This document shows, piece after piece, positions 42,331 to 52,639 of a DNA stretch of 64,000 nucleotides. This DNA comes from Chlamydiales bacterium. GTDB lineage: Bacteria > Chlamydiota > Chlamydiia > Chlamydiales > JAAZZY01. The stretch spans positions 1 to 64,000 of the forward strand of contig CBDBKM010000002.1 of NCBI GenBank assembly GCA_965206695.1, read 5' to 3'. Every line of letters begins with the position of its first letter. The first letter of the stretch is position 1. Both the position numbers and the translations under genes were made by a program. The notes under the pieces are model-generated. The model worked only from the letters and a program-made list of their open reading frames with translations, ran no database searches and was not told the origin of the DNA.

Positions 42331-43848
42331 ATGTATTTCACAAATATTTTTCATAATTTAAGAAAGCAAACCGTTCAAATAGAAAATGACAAGTATGTAA
42401 TTAGAAAATATAACGGCAAAATATGGGTAGTTCAAGAAGCAAATCAAAGTTTATTGAAACACGTTCCATTAGTAGACAGGATTAGTGACAAGATTCCCGG
42501 AGTTGCAACAAACGAGAAAGAAAAGGCTTTGCTAAAAAAAATCCGAGAACGAGGAATGATTGATATTCCGACAAAAGAATTGCTTATCCAAAAAACACGA
42601 CACTCTAACAGTTCAGATCAACTATCTTCGAAATCTTTTCAAGAAATAGGACGTTATGAAATACCAAAGACAGAGCTAACACGACTTATTCAGGAAGTCG
42701 CAGCATGGAAAAAAGATCAAACACAAAAAGGAATGGAAAGTAAAAGGTATAACGAAAAACCGCTATATAGAAAAAAAGATAAGAATTTATTGAATGATAG
42801 TGATCTGCGTGAAAAAAGTATCGAGGAACGGGTTAAAGATACTCAGCAGCAGGTTAAAAATATTAAAAAAATGAGTAAGGTTATTCAGGAGCTGAATCAA
42901 ACATTCCTCTTGAGACGGATTAAAGATATCGAGGAGCACAGTAACAGGATCGAGGAGCTGATTATATTTATCCAAAGGCCGGGTAAAGATACTAAGCAGC
43001 AGTATATTACTCAGCTGAATGACCTTATCCAAACACAGTTTAAACAGACCTTGTGTCTGAGTCAAGATACCCGACATCTTAATCAAGCTATTGATAAGCT
43101 GAATATAAATGTCCAAAAACTCAGTAAAAATATCCGGAATGAAAATATCGAAAAACTGAGTATAAATGTCCAGGAGCAGATTCAGGATATTCAGGAGTTG
43201 ATTATAAATGTCGAGAATCAAGATATCGAGGAGTTGATTATAAATGTCGAGAATCAAGATATCGAGAAGCGCATTACAAATATCCAAGATATCCAGAAAG
43301 AAATTAAACAGATCTACAAACTCGGTAAAAATATCCGGGATGAAGGTATCAAGGAGTTGATTAAAAATATCCGGGATGCAGATGTCCGGGATGAAGGTGT
43401 CGAGGAGTTGATTAAAGATATCGAGAAGTTGAGTATAAATGTCGAGAATCAAAATACGACTTCTGATTTAAAGGCTACAGAAAAACCGGAACCACTTAAG
43501 ACAATAAATAAAAAAGACTTTGTAGGCGTAGTTCATAATGAAATGCTCATAGTTGCTGACAAAAAAAATACAACACATTTAAAAGATTTTATAAACTTAC
43601 TCAAAAAAAATGAACATGAAGCATTTAAAATGATACCTTATCATGAAAAAATAGCTATAATTCCAACAAAAAAATTATACGAAACAAACTGCGCCCAATT
43701 CTCTTTAAAACACTCTACAGTTTCAATAACCAAACCCAAATATAGAACAGTAGAAGTACAAGGAATAGAAGAATCTATTTCAGTAATCAATTTAGTAACC
43801 GAAGATGGATTAATGGCAGCTCAACAAAAATTAATATACAAAAAATAG
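42331..43848 (+). CDS. Coiled-coil repeat protein, unknown function
   Basis: Degenerate IEELIINVENQD repeats; stop codon overlaps a MITE end. Confidence 0.75.
   Translation: MYFTNIFHNLRKQTVQIENDKYVIRKYNGKIWVVQEANQSLLKHVPLVDRISDKIPGVATNEKEKALLKKIRERGMIDIPTKELLIQKTRHSNSSDQLSSKSFQEIGRYEIPKTELTRLIQEVAAWKKDQTQKGMESKRYNEKPLYRKKDKNLLNDSDLREKSIEERVKDTQQQVKNIKKMSKVIQELNQTFLLRRIKDIEEHSNRIEELIIFIQRPGKDTKQQYITQLNDLIQTQFKQTLCLSQDTRHLNQAIDKLNINVQKLSKNIRNENIEKLSINVQEQIQDIQELIINVENQDIEELIINVENQDIEKRITNIQDIQKEIKQIYKLGKNIRDEGIKELIKNIRDADVRDEGVEELIKDIEKLSINVENQNTTSDLKATEKPEPLKTINKKDFVGVVHNEMLIVADKKNTTHLKDFINLLKKNEHEAFKMIPYHEKIAIIPTKKLYETNCAQFSLKHSTVSITKPKYRTVEVQGIEESISVINLVTEDGLMAAQQKLIYKK
43192..43263 (+). 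repeat. 36-bp in-frame tandem duplication
   Basis: (c/g)aggagttgattataaatgtcgagaatcaagatatc x2. Confidence 0.9.
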
Positions 43849-44014
43849 ATCTCTGCATTACTGACTTGGTAATATTTTTAAAAACCCACTGATTGTCTAA
43901 ACTTATTTTTCATTTATTTTGATAAGTGTTATAATGAGCAGTTTTTTTATTATAGGTGCAAAGTATCGCATAGGCGCCAAGAAGCATTGTCAGAAATCAG
44001 TTATGCAGAGGTCT
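43847..44014. mobile_element. 168-bp MITE
   Basis: TIRs agatctctgcattactga / tcagttatgcagaggtct. Confidence 0.7.
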
Positions 44015-44149
44015 TTTTGCATTAAAAAATTTCTAACTTCATGAAATACTAAGGATTAAACCCAAAACTCAGGTTTATAACAACAATTTACAAAACATTC
44101 ATTTCTATAGAAGTTTATCATAGAGAATTGAAATAAACTTGTGGCCTTT

Positions 44150-44349
44150 AATACTTTCAGCCTCGTAACATACGAGCGAAACGCAATCATATTTTTATGT
44201 GTATATCTACTTGATTACACAAATTTAAGCGAAGGAGACGATATAAAATATCTTTTTATCAACAAGATTGGGAAATGACAAAGCCCGCTATCACTTTAAA
44301 TATGAAAAATATTTTGGCTATGTGTTAACATTTATGCGTAAAACTCCTG
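44150..44349 (+). mobile_element. IS701-like 3' remnant
   Basis: FQPRNIRAKRNHIFMCI resembles IS701 transposase C-termini; the end is repeated near 16325-16391. Confidence 0.45.
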
Positions 44350-44398
44350 TTTAAAATTAAATGGGGGCCATCTTAATTAGTCAAAAACTTTTAATACT

Positions 44399-45997
44399 CT
44401 ATTTGATTTTTTTTTCAGCACTTATACCAATAATTGAAAGAATTTCCTGCACTTTAAAAACCTTTGCTAAAAGGAAAAGTCCCCCGGCAAACATGAAGAC
44501 TTGGTATATAAATGTAAGAACCTGATTGATAAGTAAAGAAGGGAATGTCATCCGGGTATCTAGAAATATAAAAGAAGCATTTTCTAACACCGGAGTTTTT
44601 AAAAAGAAAACATATAAAGATACAAAAAGACTACATAGCCCAACCTTTTTCCATGTTTCAAATAACTTATGAGGCCGCAATGTTTTCAAATTTATATAAA
44701 GGAGAAAAAAGTTTAACCAAGCGCTTAAACTCGTTGCAAGAGCTACGCTAAAGGCTCCTAACCGAAAACCGAATACAAACAATGTATTTAAAAGAATATT
44801 GGCAACTGTGACTGTTATTGTACCGGTAGTGGTCACTTTATATCGGTTCTGAGCATAAAATACGGGAGCTATTAATAAGACTAAAGTAGCCGGTATCAGG
44901 CTAAACGTATATCCCCATAAACAGATACTCGTCTCCCATGCAGAATTTAAATCAAACTGCCCACGAAAATACAGAAGGTTAATCATCGATGGCCCAATAA
45001 CAAACAAAGCCATCGTACACGGAACCATCAGGCCAATAGAGCGTCTGAATGCAAAATCTAATAATTTAGAAGATAACGTATGATCACCCGCTTTATAAGC
45101 CCTAGAAAATGGCGGCAATAAAGCCGCGGCTAAAGAAACACCGAAAAAAGCTAAAGGCACTTGGTAAATACGAATCGCATACCACAAATAAGCAGGCCCT
45201 TGAAGGTCTGCATATCGAGCAAAAAGCGGGTCTAGAGCACTATTAATTTGTGTTGCACCAACGCCTAATATACCTAATGATAGAGGCTTTAAAATCGAAA
45301 TAAAGTCATAAGAGAAGTCCTTAAATTCCTTTAAGAAATTAAATGAACATTGCCTGTATAAAAATCCAATCGTCTGCGGTAGAGTGATCATCCATTGGCA
45401 GACAACACCAAAAATAATGGCAAAAGCCAGCCAAGCCACTGCTTGGATAGGTGCCCGGCCCTTGAGACTAAATGTTGCAATAATCCATATGACATTGAAA
45501 GCTACAGGAGATACGGCCGGAACAAAAAAAATACGCTCACATTGCAATAAGGAACTATTTAGAGCCATATGACAAATAAAAAACAGACTCGGAAATAATA
45601 TCGCTGTCAAATATATAATTTCCTTAGTATCTGAGCTTAAATTTCCAAAATTCAGCCAACAGACGAGGAATGTCTCAACCACTATTGTTAAAATAATAAG
45701 TATTAATGAAAGTAATATAGAGACATTACGAAAGAAAACAGCTGCTTGTTGAGTAGACTCTTTACGCTTTTCTTCAAAAAACGGAACAAAAGCTGAATGC
45801 AAAGCCCCTTCTCCAAATAGCCTACGAAACAGGTTAGAGAAACGAAAAGCAATCAGAAGAGCTGCAATAGCGGGATCGCTTCCAAAGATAGCCGCCATAC
45901 TCATATCCCTTGCTAGGCCACTTAACCGGCTTAAAAAGGTGCCGGAAAAAAATCTACCGGCAGACTGAGTAATTGTCTGAGTGGAATCAAAAACCAT
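44399..45997 (-). CDS. murJ: Lipid II flippase
   Basis: SRLSGLARD and AFRFSNLFRRLFGEGAL..AFVP motifs. Confidence 0.95.
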   Translation of the reverse strand: MVFDSTQTITQSAGRFFSGTFLSRLSGLARDMSMAAIFGSDPAIAALLIAFRFSNLFRRLFGEGALHSAFVPFFEEKRKESTQQAAVFFRNVSILLSLILIILTIVVETFLVCWLNFGNLSSDTKEIIYLTAILFPSLFFICHMALNSSLLQCERIFFVPAVSPVAFNVIWIIATFSLKGRAPIQAVAWLAFAIIFGVVCQWMITLPQTIGFLYRQCSFNFLKEFKDFSYDFISILKPLSLGILGVGATQINSALDPLFARYADLQGPAYLWYAIRIYQVPLAFFGVSLAAALLPPFSRAYKAGDHTLSSKLLDFAFRRSIGLMVPCTMALFVIGPSMINLLYFRGQFDLNSAWETSICLWGYTFSLIPATLVLLIAPVFYAQNRYKVTTTGTITVTVANILLNTLFVFGFRLGAFSVALATSLSAWLNFFLLYINLKTLRPHKLFETWKKVGLCSLFVSLYVFFLKTPVLENASFIFLDTRMTFPSLLINQVLTFIYQVFMFAGGLFLLAKVFKVQEILSIIGISAEKKIK

Positions 45998-46020
45998 TAT
46001 TTTCTCTTTTTTGGAAGAAT

Positions 46021-47284
46021 TTGATAGCTCCCAACCCTAAAAGGAAGAGATGCCTAATTCAACGGCCCTTGCTAACAAATGTTAATCTAATACGATCTCC
46101 AAAGGCTTAAATTACCGACTGCCCTTCGGTATCTATATTATAGGCTGCGTTATAATCTCTGTCATGCAAAGTATTGCATATGGGATATTTCCAAGATCTT
46201 ATACCGCAAGCTAATTTTCCTACATTGTGGTTGCATATGAAGCATCATTGTGTACCGGGAAAATTTTTAGGTAGTTCTACCATATTTCTTTCGCATATCT
46301 TTTATTTTTTAACATACTTTTGATATCTAAACCTTCAATTATGATTGCTTGGTTTTCACGAATCAATTGTGTAGAAAGTTTATGATGAAAGTCATGTCTT
46401 ATATTTTTAGTTTTAAATGTAGGAAAATGAACTCTCTTTTTAAAAAAAATTGAATACAATCTATCAAGGTTCCTAAGACTTTGCTGTAGACAAACAGATG
46501 ACACTTCTTTTAACAAAAAAAAATCTTTATTTTGGTTAAGATCTGTCAAGAATGCTGATGTCGCAGAGTAGGAGATACTTTCTTTTGCTTAATCTTAAAA
46601 TTTAAAGCTTGATTATACACTATCCTACAACAACCAAAGCTTTTAGCTAAAAGCTCTTTTTGTTTTTTTGCCGGATAGAATTTAAATTTATAAGCTTTTT
46701 TAATAGTCATACGTTGTATCATACTATTGATATATATTCATTCACGCTTCTTTGATATGGCGTTAATTGATTCATATAAAATTAATATCATATTTATACT
46801 TTTTTGTGTACCTTATCAGTAGCGAAGAGTACATATATATTGTTCACATGGAAAAACGGCAAACTTCAAAGGCAACTATCTTTAATCTTAGTTATCCTAT
46901 TATTTGGTGTACTAAGGATAGAAGAGAAGTTCTCGATAGAGATATTAAGAAAAGACTAAGCGAGTTATTAAATAAGAAAGCCAATCAACTCTCTATGGAA
47001 GCTAAAGAACTTGATATTATGCCTGACCATGTACATCTATTCACTAACACTCAACCCATTCAATATCAATATCTTGCAATTGAAAAGGTACAGTAGTCGC
47101 TTGTTAAGGCAAGAATGCTCAAGTTTAAAATCTCGAGTGCCTACATGATGAACAAGACCGTAATATGTTGATAGTGTGGAAAAGCTTAATGAATATACAA
47201 TTAGGAAGTATATACAAAGTCAAAAAAAACAAATAAACGCTCTCATCCCAATGCTAAAGCAAAGGGTTTTCTCGCTTAATTGTC
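46021..47284 (-). mobile_element. Degenerate IS605-type element: tnpB pseudogene (minus), divergent tnpA pseudogene (plus), omegaRNA-like right end
   Basis: KAYKFKFYP..FGCCR, LQQSLRNL, HKLSTQL and HDRDYNAAYNI (TnpB); IIWCTK and MPDHVHL (HUH TnpA); TTAT target, right end TCAA. Confidence 0.9.
46733..46831 (-). mobile_element. About 95-bp MITE derived from IS630-B, between tnpB and tnpA
   Basis: Joins the IS630-B left end (cf. 22470-22552) to its right end (cf. 10151-10165). Confidence 0.7.
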
Positions 47285-47296
47285 ATAACAAGATGT

Positions 47297-48235
47297 TATA
47301 GTATTTTAATTTTTATTTGATAATATGTTATCCTTCTTTTTTTATACAAACAGTAAGGACAAAACAATGCCTAGAGCCTATTCAGTAGATCTTCGAGAGA
47401 AAGTATTACAACATATAGAAAAACATCATGATAAAAAAACAGCCGGCCATATTTTTCAAGTAGGTATCGCAACAATATATCGATGGATCTTGCAAAAAAA
47501 GCAAAAAGGACATTTAAAGCCAATCCGCAGAAAATATGCTTATAAGAAATTAGATGATGAGTTGTTATCTAAATATGTAGAAAAACATCCGGATTATTTT
47601 TTATCGGAAATTGCTGATTATTTTTCAGTCACTCCGCAAACGATTTTTTATGCCCTTAAAAGATTAAAAATTACACGAAAAAAAAAACTACTCGCTATAA
47701 GGAAAGAGATGAAAAGAAACGGGAAGCTTTTATGAAAAATTTAAAAAATATTCCCTTTGACAAGAGAATTTATCTCGATGAAACCGGGATTCATCAATTT
47801 TTATTTCGTGAGTCCGGAAGAAGCTTACGCGGCAAAAAAGTTTTTGGAGCGGTTTCAGGAAACCGCTTTATAAGGCAAAATATTATTTCAGCCCTATCTA
47901 AAGGGCAGTTTTTATCTCCAATGTGTTTTGAAGGTACTTGTAATACCGGGTTATTCAATATTTGGCTTAAGGAAGTTTTGACTCCTCAGCTTACACCCGG
48001 TAGTGTTCTTATTCTTGACAATGCCGGTTTTCACAAGTCAGCGGAAAGCAGGAAAATAGTAGCATCTGCCGGTTGTAAGCTTATGTTTCTTCCTCCATAT
48101 TCTCCGGACTTAAATCCTATAGAAAAATATTGGGCTAATATGAAAAATAAAATTAGAGAGATATTACGAAAAGTTACGAATTTTACATTCGCCATTGATC
48201 AAGCAATCTTATCAATGTAAAATTAAATGACTATA
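47297..48235 (+). mobile_element. IS630-C full copy (ORFs 47325-47735 and 47732-48220, -1 frameshift at A10, 47678-47687)
   Basis: Near-identical to 19602-20540; TA-flanked TIRs. Confidence 0.92.
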
Positions 48236-48259
48236 AAGGTCGACTATATCTTGATTATC

Positions 48260-49735
48260 TTAAGCCTTAATGAATACTTGTTTGGATAACCGATCTTCTT
48301 CCATTTCTTGTAACACAAAATCATCCATGGTTTGATCGATGATTTTTTGAGTCAATTTGTTATCGAAAGTAGTTGATTTCTTACCACTGATCACATTAAT
48401 GAACTTACTTAACCTTCTACCGGTAAAACCTTCTGTTTTCTCAGCCATCAACATAATCTTTGCCTCACTGAAAAAATCACTTCTTTCTTCAGAAGTAAAA
48501 AAGTCAAAGACCAGATTAGTCAACATCTGTGTTCTTTGTTCTTTTCCCGGTGGTAATATCTGTATCTTATGATCCATCCTATCTAAAATAGCAGGATCTA
48601 AATCCTGCCTACGATTAGTGGATAATACAACCATTAATTTCTTACTCTCAGTACCTGTTCTATTAAGAAAAGCATCAAGAAGTTCTAGCTCTTCTGCTCG
48701 ATTCATAAGACCTCGATCTCGACAAAGAGCCTCAGCTTCATCTATAAATAAAACAGTACCGTTAGACGATTCAGCTGCATCGATTAACTTATTCAATTCC
48801 GTAACATGCTCTCCTCGTTTAATAAATTGTGCTAAATCTCCACCTGTCATCATCATATACTGCAACCCTGACTCATAAGCAATTTGTCTGGCTAACATCG
48901 TTTTACCTGTCCCTCCCGGACCATGTAAAAGAACGTTCTGTAAATACCCGCTATTTTTCTGAATATTTTTTGTTGCTTGAATGATCTCATCAGCCTTTCT
49001 TCTAATCGTTTCACTGAGAACAGGTGCTTTAAATTTTTCACTTCCACTCCAAATAGCATTCCAATAACTACCAATTTTTTCTTTCAAAGAGTTATACTTT
49101 ACTTCCCTTGCAAGCGTTGGCTTGCTCATATTATATACAGCTACATCATAAGCATATTTAATTCCATAGTAAGCAACGCCTGTAAGCAATGTTCCCGCAA
49201 TACCGTAAGCAATATAAGTTCTGGCAATAGAGCCTATACTATCGTTCATGATGTCTGTTATTTCTTCCGAGGCATCTTTAAACTCTTCTTTCATAGCATC
49301 TATAGTTGGTCTAAAAGAATCGTGAAAAGCCTGAGCTGCTTTTTCACCGGCCTCTTTTGCCGCATTAATATCGATTCCACCAATCGCTTGCTGAAACTCT
49401 TCTGAAATCTTCCGTGTAAATTTACTGGAGTCAAATACATCAAAAAATGCAGAGAAATCAGTGAATTTCTTTCCTAATTGTTCAGATATTTTAACAGCAT
49501 CAAAATTATTAATTGCTTCTTGTACTGCAGTATTAACACTTTGAGTCAACTTTGTAGCAGTTGCATTAAAAATCTTATCTACATCCATGCCGTCTACCGT
49601 GCCTTTAAAACCGTCAAAAAAAACTTCACCTATTTTATTTCCAATATTTGAAGCAATAATCGGCATTAAATCATACCCGTATTTTATAGAAACCAGAGCT
49701 ATGCAAGTAGCAGCTCCCAGATTTAACAAACCCAC
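48260..49735 (-). CDS. ATAD3-like membrane AAA+ ATPase
   Basis: TM segment plus KPTLARE; NVLLHGPGGTGKT, MTGGD, LFIDEAEA, AFLNRTG, STNR, ILDR and TEGFTGR motifs. Confidence 0.85.
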   Translation of the reverse strand: MGLLNLGAATCIALVSIKYGYDLMPIIASNIGNKIGEVFFDGFKGTVDGMDVDKIFNATATKLTQSVNTAVQEAINNFDAVKISEQLGKKFTDFSAFFDVFDSSKFTRKISEEFQQAIGGIDINAAKEAGEKAAQAFHDSFRPTIDAMKEEFKDASEEITDIMNDSIGSIARTYIAYGIAGTLLTGVAYYGIKYAYDVAVYNMSKPTLAREVKYNSLKEKIGSYWNAIWSGSEKFKAPVLSETIRRKADEIIQATKNIQKNSGYLQNVLLHGPGGTGKTMLARQIAYESGLQYMMMTGGDLAQFIKRGEHVTELNKLIDAAESSNGTVLFIDEAEALCRDRGLMNRAEELELLDAFLNRTGTESKKLMVVLSTNRRQDLDPAILDRMDHKIQILPPGKEQRTQMLTNLVFDFFTSEERSDFFSEAKIMLMAEKTEGFTGRRLSKFINVISGKKSTTFDNKLTQKIIDQTMDDFVLQEMEEDRLSKQVFIKA

Positions 49736-49934
49736 CGTATACCTTTTTTTTTAATTAATTTTAAATTCTTGAATTCCTCAACTAATAAACTATACTGATT
49801 TAAGTTGAAGAATTGACAAATTGAGTTGAACTAATCATTCTAAAATTATTTGTCATGCTCCTTTTTAAGAAATCAGACTAGCTCATGATCGGATTTGCAC
49901 GTTTCCTTAAAAAACCTAAAATTTTATCCTTAAG

Positions 49935-50025
49935 AATCGTAGCCCGGTACATTTTCCCGCCCACATGCGTGTTACCATTCCTCTTTGACCCATTCTAGCT
50001 TCGTCTTGAAACCAAATATCCACTT
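49935..50025 (-). mobile_element. IS630-family fragment (another subtype)
   Basis: VDIWFQDEARMGQRGMVTRMWA. Confidence 0.65.
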
Positions 50026-50028
50026 TAT

Positions 50029-50097
50029 AAGACCTCTGCATAACTTATTGATTTAGTCGTCGATTATGATGAAAAATGTAAGTTATGCAGAGGTCTT
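50029..50097. mobile_element. 69-bp MITE or hairpin
   Basis: Perfect 19-bp TIRs aagacctctgcataactta / taagttatgcagaggtctt. Confidence 0.75.
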
Positions 50098-50156
50098 TTT
50101 ATTGCTGTTTTATCTGTTACTTAATCGGATTGATATTAATAGGACTCGCTCGATTA

Positions 50157-51056
50157 TTATAAGCTAGTCGCTTCAATATCATCAGCCGGTTCAATTAAGC
50201 CAAGACGCCCTAAAAGGTGTTCTACTAAAACAATGGAATCTGAATATCCTTCTTTTAGTTGAGGAACAACATCCTTTAAATATGGATTCCTTTTGTCTAG
50301 AAGAGTAGGATTATATTCAAAATGAACGCCGCTTAGTATAGCTTTCCCGTCACCTACCGTACATTCAATAATAGCAGGCTTCTTCTCGGCAGTATCTTCA
50401 TATAAAGCTAAAACTAAGACATTATCATAGAATTCAGGATGAACGAAATATCCTCCCCCATTATAATACGAGACAAAACCCTTATCAGAAGAAAAGGGAG
50501 AATCCTGATTCCAAGCTAATTTTGCCGCTCTAACCCCCTTTAAACTTTTATAGTCATATTCACCAAGAATCGGACCACGGACTGTACCGGGATAAAAAGC
50601 TAACTCTCTACATCCCATTACTTGAATTTCACTCCCTCTTCCGAAGTCTACATATTTTCCACCATAATAGCTGCCTGCACAAATGCCTAAATAAGCCCCG
50701 CCGGCCTCCACAAAATCTTTAATCTTCCGGTTTCCTTTTCCATTTAAATCTTTGGTATAAGGAATATCAGCGCCTCCGGGCATGATAAATAATGCCGTAT
50801 TATCTTCCCAGTTTTCATGACATAGTTGATATGGACCAATCTTCTTAATATGATATTGTTCACCTACAAGCTGCTCGACAGTTGCTATGGTGTGGCGTAA
50901 AGATTCTTCACTTGCTCCCGGACCTGAATAAACAAGGATCTTCATACGATCATCAACTAATTCCGATTTCTTCTTTTTTTGTGTTAGCATTACAACTGAT
51001 ATTGCAACAAGAGCTACTATGAATAATTTAACAAGAAATCTAATCATCTTATCCAA
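50157..51056 (-). CDS. BPL_N-domain protein (biotin-protein ligase N-terminal, class I GATase-like)
   Basis: ILVYSGPG, MPGGAD, YLGICAGSYYG, YYNGG and LSGVHFEY motifs. Confidence 0.85.
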   Translation of the reverse strand: MDKMIRFLVKLFIVALVAISVVMLTQKKKKSELVDDRMKILVYSGPGASEESLRHTIATVEQLVGEQYHIKKIGPYQLCHENWEDNTALFIMPGGADIPYTKDLNGKGNRKIKDFVEAGGAYLGICAGSYYGGKYVDFGRGSEIQVMGCRELAFYPGTVRGPILGEYDYKSLKGVRAAKLAWNQDSPFSSDKGFVSYYNGGGYFVHPEFYDNVLVLALYEDTAEKKPAIIECTVGDGKAILSGVHFEYNPTLLDKRNPYLKDVVPQLKEGYSDSIVLVEHLLGRLGLIEPADDIEATSL

Positions 51057-51199
51057 TCCTCAAAAATTCAAATTTTTCCATTTAAAGAAGAATTTCTAAA
51101 AATGCGGGTAAATGATAACAGAAAAATGATCAAAAGGCTAGAATCTTAAATGAGATAATAAAATGAGGAGAAAACCCTTCCCTGTAAAATTAATGATTA

Positions 51200-51900
51200 A
51201 AATCTATTGCCTACAGCCGTGATACCCATTAAGCGATCTCAGAATGGAAGATGCCATATATGACCGTTCGTCTTTTCATTTTTTTTTAGACTTCGATATC
51301 TGTATTGATAAAGTTCCGGATGAGAATACGATTTTACATTTTCGGCATCTCTTAGAGCCACACGAGCTGACAAAAAAAATTTGATTACATCAAAGAATTT
51401 ATTAGCGAAAAAAAGGCTATTAATGACCGAAGGTACATGAGTGGATGTTAGCCTTAATTCACACTTTAGAAACATTCTGTGCCAAAGAAGATGACTCACA
51501 ATCTTTTTTCTCTCTCTGATATGTTAAAGCAACATCCTTATCATCCCTTATCGAATAAATAACATATTCGCAACCGACATCATGCAAAGATACGAGCTAA
51601 AGTGGAGTTCTCTTTCCAAGTGATCAAGCATCAATAGGGGCTATTATAAAACTTGTTATAAAGGATTAAGAACAAACACCTCACAGATTTTTATATTATG
51701 CACCCTCTATAACTTCTTTAACGTCAGGAAAAAAAGATTCTAAATCCGGTCTAACCGGACTCTTATTGCCAATAAGATCGAGTAATTATTTTAAATTCGG
51801 TAAAAACCCAATATTTGACCAAGAAAATCTTGTTAAATACCAAATCCTTCTTTTCTAAACCCATCTTTCTACAAAAACTTATTAATCAGATGTTCTTTAA
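51200..51900 (+). mobile_element. IS5-group transposase pseudogene
   Basis: PDENTILHFRHLLE and RAKVEFSFQVIKHQ motifs. Confidence 0.7.
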
Positions 51901-51902
51901 GT

Positions 51903-52018
51903 ATATTGTAGAAAATGCTTTTCTTCATTTAAAACGATGGCGTGGTATTGCTACTCGATATGCTAAGAATACAGCATCATTCTTGGCTGCTGTTCACATT
52001 CGTCGTATTGCTCTCTGA
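51903..52018 (+). mobile_element. IS427-group 3' fragment
   Basis: VENAFLHLKRWRGIATRYAKN, as in 17798-18172. Confidence 0.75.
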
Positions 52019-52209
52019 GGGGTATATTATCCGGTAATATAAAGGTCTCTTTTTTTTTAAATGTTGATAAGTTATTAATTTTATTATATTTAAGTAAATT
52101 ATTTCTTATTTTTAATAAAACCTTTTTTTAAAAAAAGCATATTGCTAAGGTAACCATTAGGGGGAGAAGTATTCTCCTAAGTTATGAACCATAAATAAGG
52201 AAAATAATC

Positions 52210-52581
52210 ATGGTTGCAAGAACCACAACACGCAAAAGAAAAACAGCGAGTAAACGAACAATGCCTCGTAAAAAGGTCGCTGTTAAAAAAGCTACGACTA
52301 GTAAGAAAACAACTGTTAGAAAAGCTATGAGTAGTAAAAAGGCCGCTATGAAGAAAGCTACTACTCGCAAGAAAACACCTACTAAAAGAGTCTCATCTTC
52401 AAGAAGAAAAAAATCGATGACCAATAGAACGACGAAAAAAATAATGGCTCAATGTGATATGACTTGTCGTGATACTAAGGCAATTTTTGAATCTGATGTT
52501 CAGAAGGGCCTAATGAAGGCTACTCATGATTTGGAAATAGGCATTAAAACATTACGTAAGTGGTTGAAAAAGAAGTTTTAA
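52210..52581 (+). CDS. Basic histone-like protein (Hc2/HctB-like)
   Basis: K/R/T/A-rich pentapeptide-like repeats (KKATT, VRKA) followed by a Cys-containing C-terminus. Confidence 0.6.
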   Translation: MVARTTTRKRKTASKRTMPRKKVAVKKATTSKKTTVRKAMSSKKAAMKKATTRKKTPTKRVSSSRRKKSMTNRTTKKIMAQCDMTCRDTKAIFESDVQKGLMKATHDLEIGIKTLRKWLKKKF

Positions 52582-52639
52582 ATAAGCCTCTTTAAATAAC
52601 TTACTTATCATACTCTGCTTTTGCGAAGCCAAAAGATAG

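Noticed and set aside
42787..43452. 221-aa antisense ORF
   Set aside because: Shadow of the repeat region of 42331-43848.
43100..43460. CRISPR array
   Set aside because: Repeats are in-frame, tandem and degenerate, with no unique spacers and no cas genes.
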